Shown: positions 63,906 through 64,000 of the stretch, piece after piece
Position numbering within the stretch: position 1 is the stretch's first letter
Layout: each line of letters begins with the position of its first letter
Assembly: GCF_018350175.1 (NCBI RefSeq)
Contig: NC_058373.1
Location: forward strand, 107,696,001 to 107,760,000
DNA: 64,000 nt
Direction of reading: 5' to 3'
Source of the DNA: Felis catus
Taxonomy: Eukaryota
The notes under the pieces: generated by a model
Told to the model about the DNA's origin: nothing
Databases searched by the model: none
The model's input: the letters and a program-made list of their open reading frames with translations, nothing else
Made by a program: the position numbers and the translations under genes

Positions 63906-64000
63906 TGTTCACACTTTTGAAAGATATTTTTACTGTATATAGAATTCTGGGTTGACCACTTCTTTCATCAGACTTTCCATTTCTTTTGGTCTTCCTTGTT

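Larger units (their letters stand above)
60855..64000 (-). mobile_element. Old L1M relic interrupted by two SINEs, an MLT2-like LTR and a MER3-like element
   Basis: T-rich L1 antisense signature (ttcaagaaatttgtctagttcatttaag, aaaaaccaacttttggctttatt, aatgtcagatcaagctggttgg, tagaattctgggttgac); runs to the window end. Confidence 0.75.

Noticed and set aside
42000..64000. Coding exons of PRKCH (expected neighbour by synteny)
   Set aside because: No PKC-eta N-terminal C2-like sequence and no second CpG island is visible; the coding part must lie outside the window.

Overview
Mammalian genomic DNA, almost certainly a felid (young cat-type Can-SINEs and a feline-type L1). The only supportable protein-coding gene is the intronless TMEM30B/CDC50B (P4-ATPase flippase beta subunit, 353 aa, minus strand, 39934..40995). 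It lies in a CpG island and probably has a ~2.4 kb AU-rich 3' UTR. The rest is repeat-rich intergenic or intronic sequence: about 15 Can-SINEs (many with target-site duplications, TSDs), L1s of several ages, L2, MIR, hAT/TcMar DNA-transposon relics, MaLR/ERVL LTRs and microsatellites. I see no evidence for a new multi-gene system. The most notable signals are small-scale: a young L1 nested in an older L1 and carrying an apparent 3' transduction, a tailless U2 snRNA retrocopy with target microhomology, a (CA)n tract flanked by a TSD-like duplication in the TMEM30B 3' UTR, splice signals for a divergent plus-strand transcript, a ZEB/Snail-type E-box cluster, and an in-frame upstream ORF at TMEM30B. 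Repeat family names come from recalled consensus motifs, not from a search, and the boundaries of old repeats are approximate.
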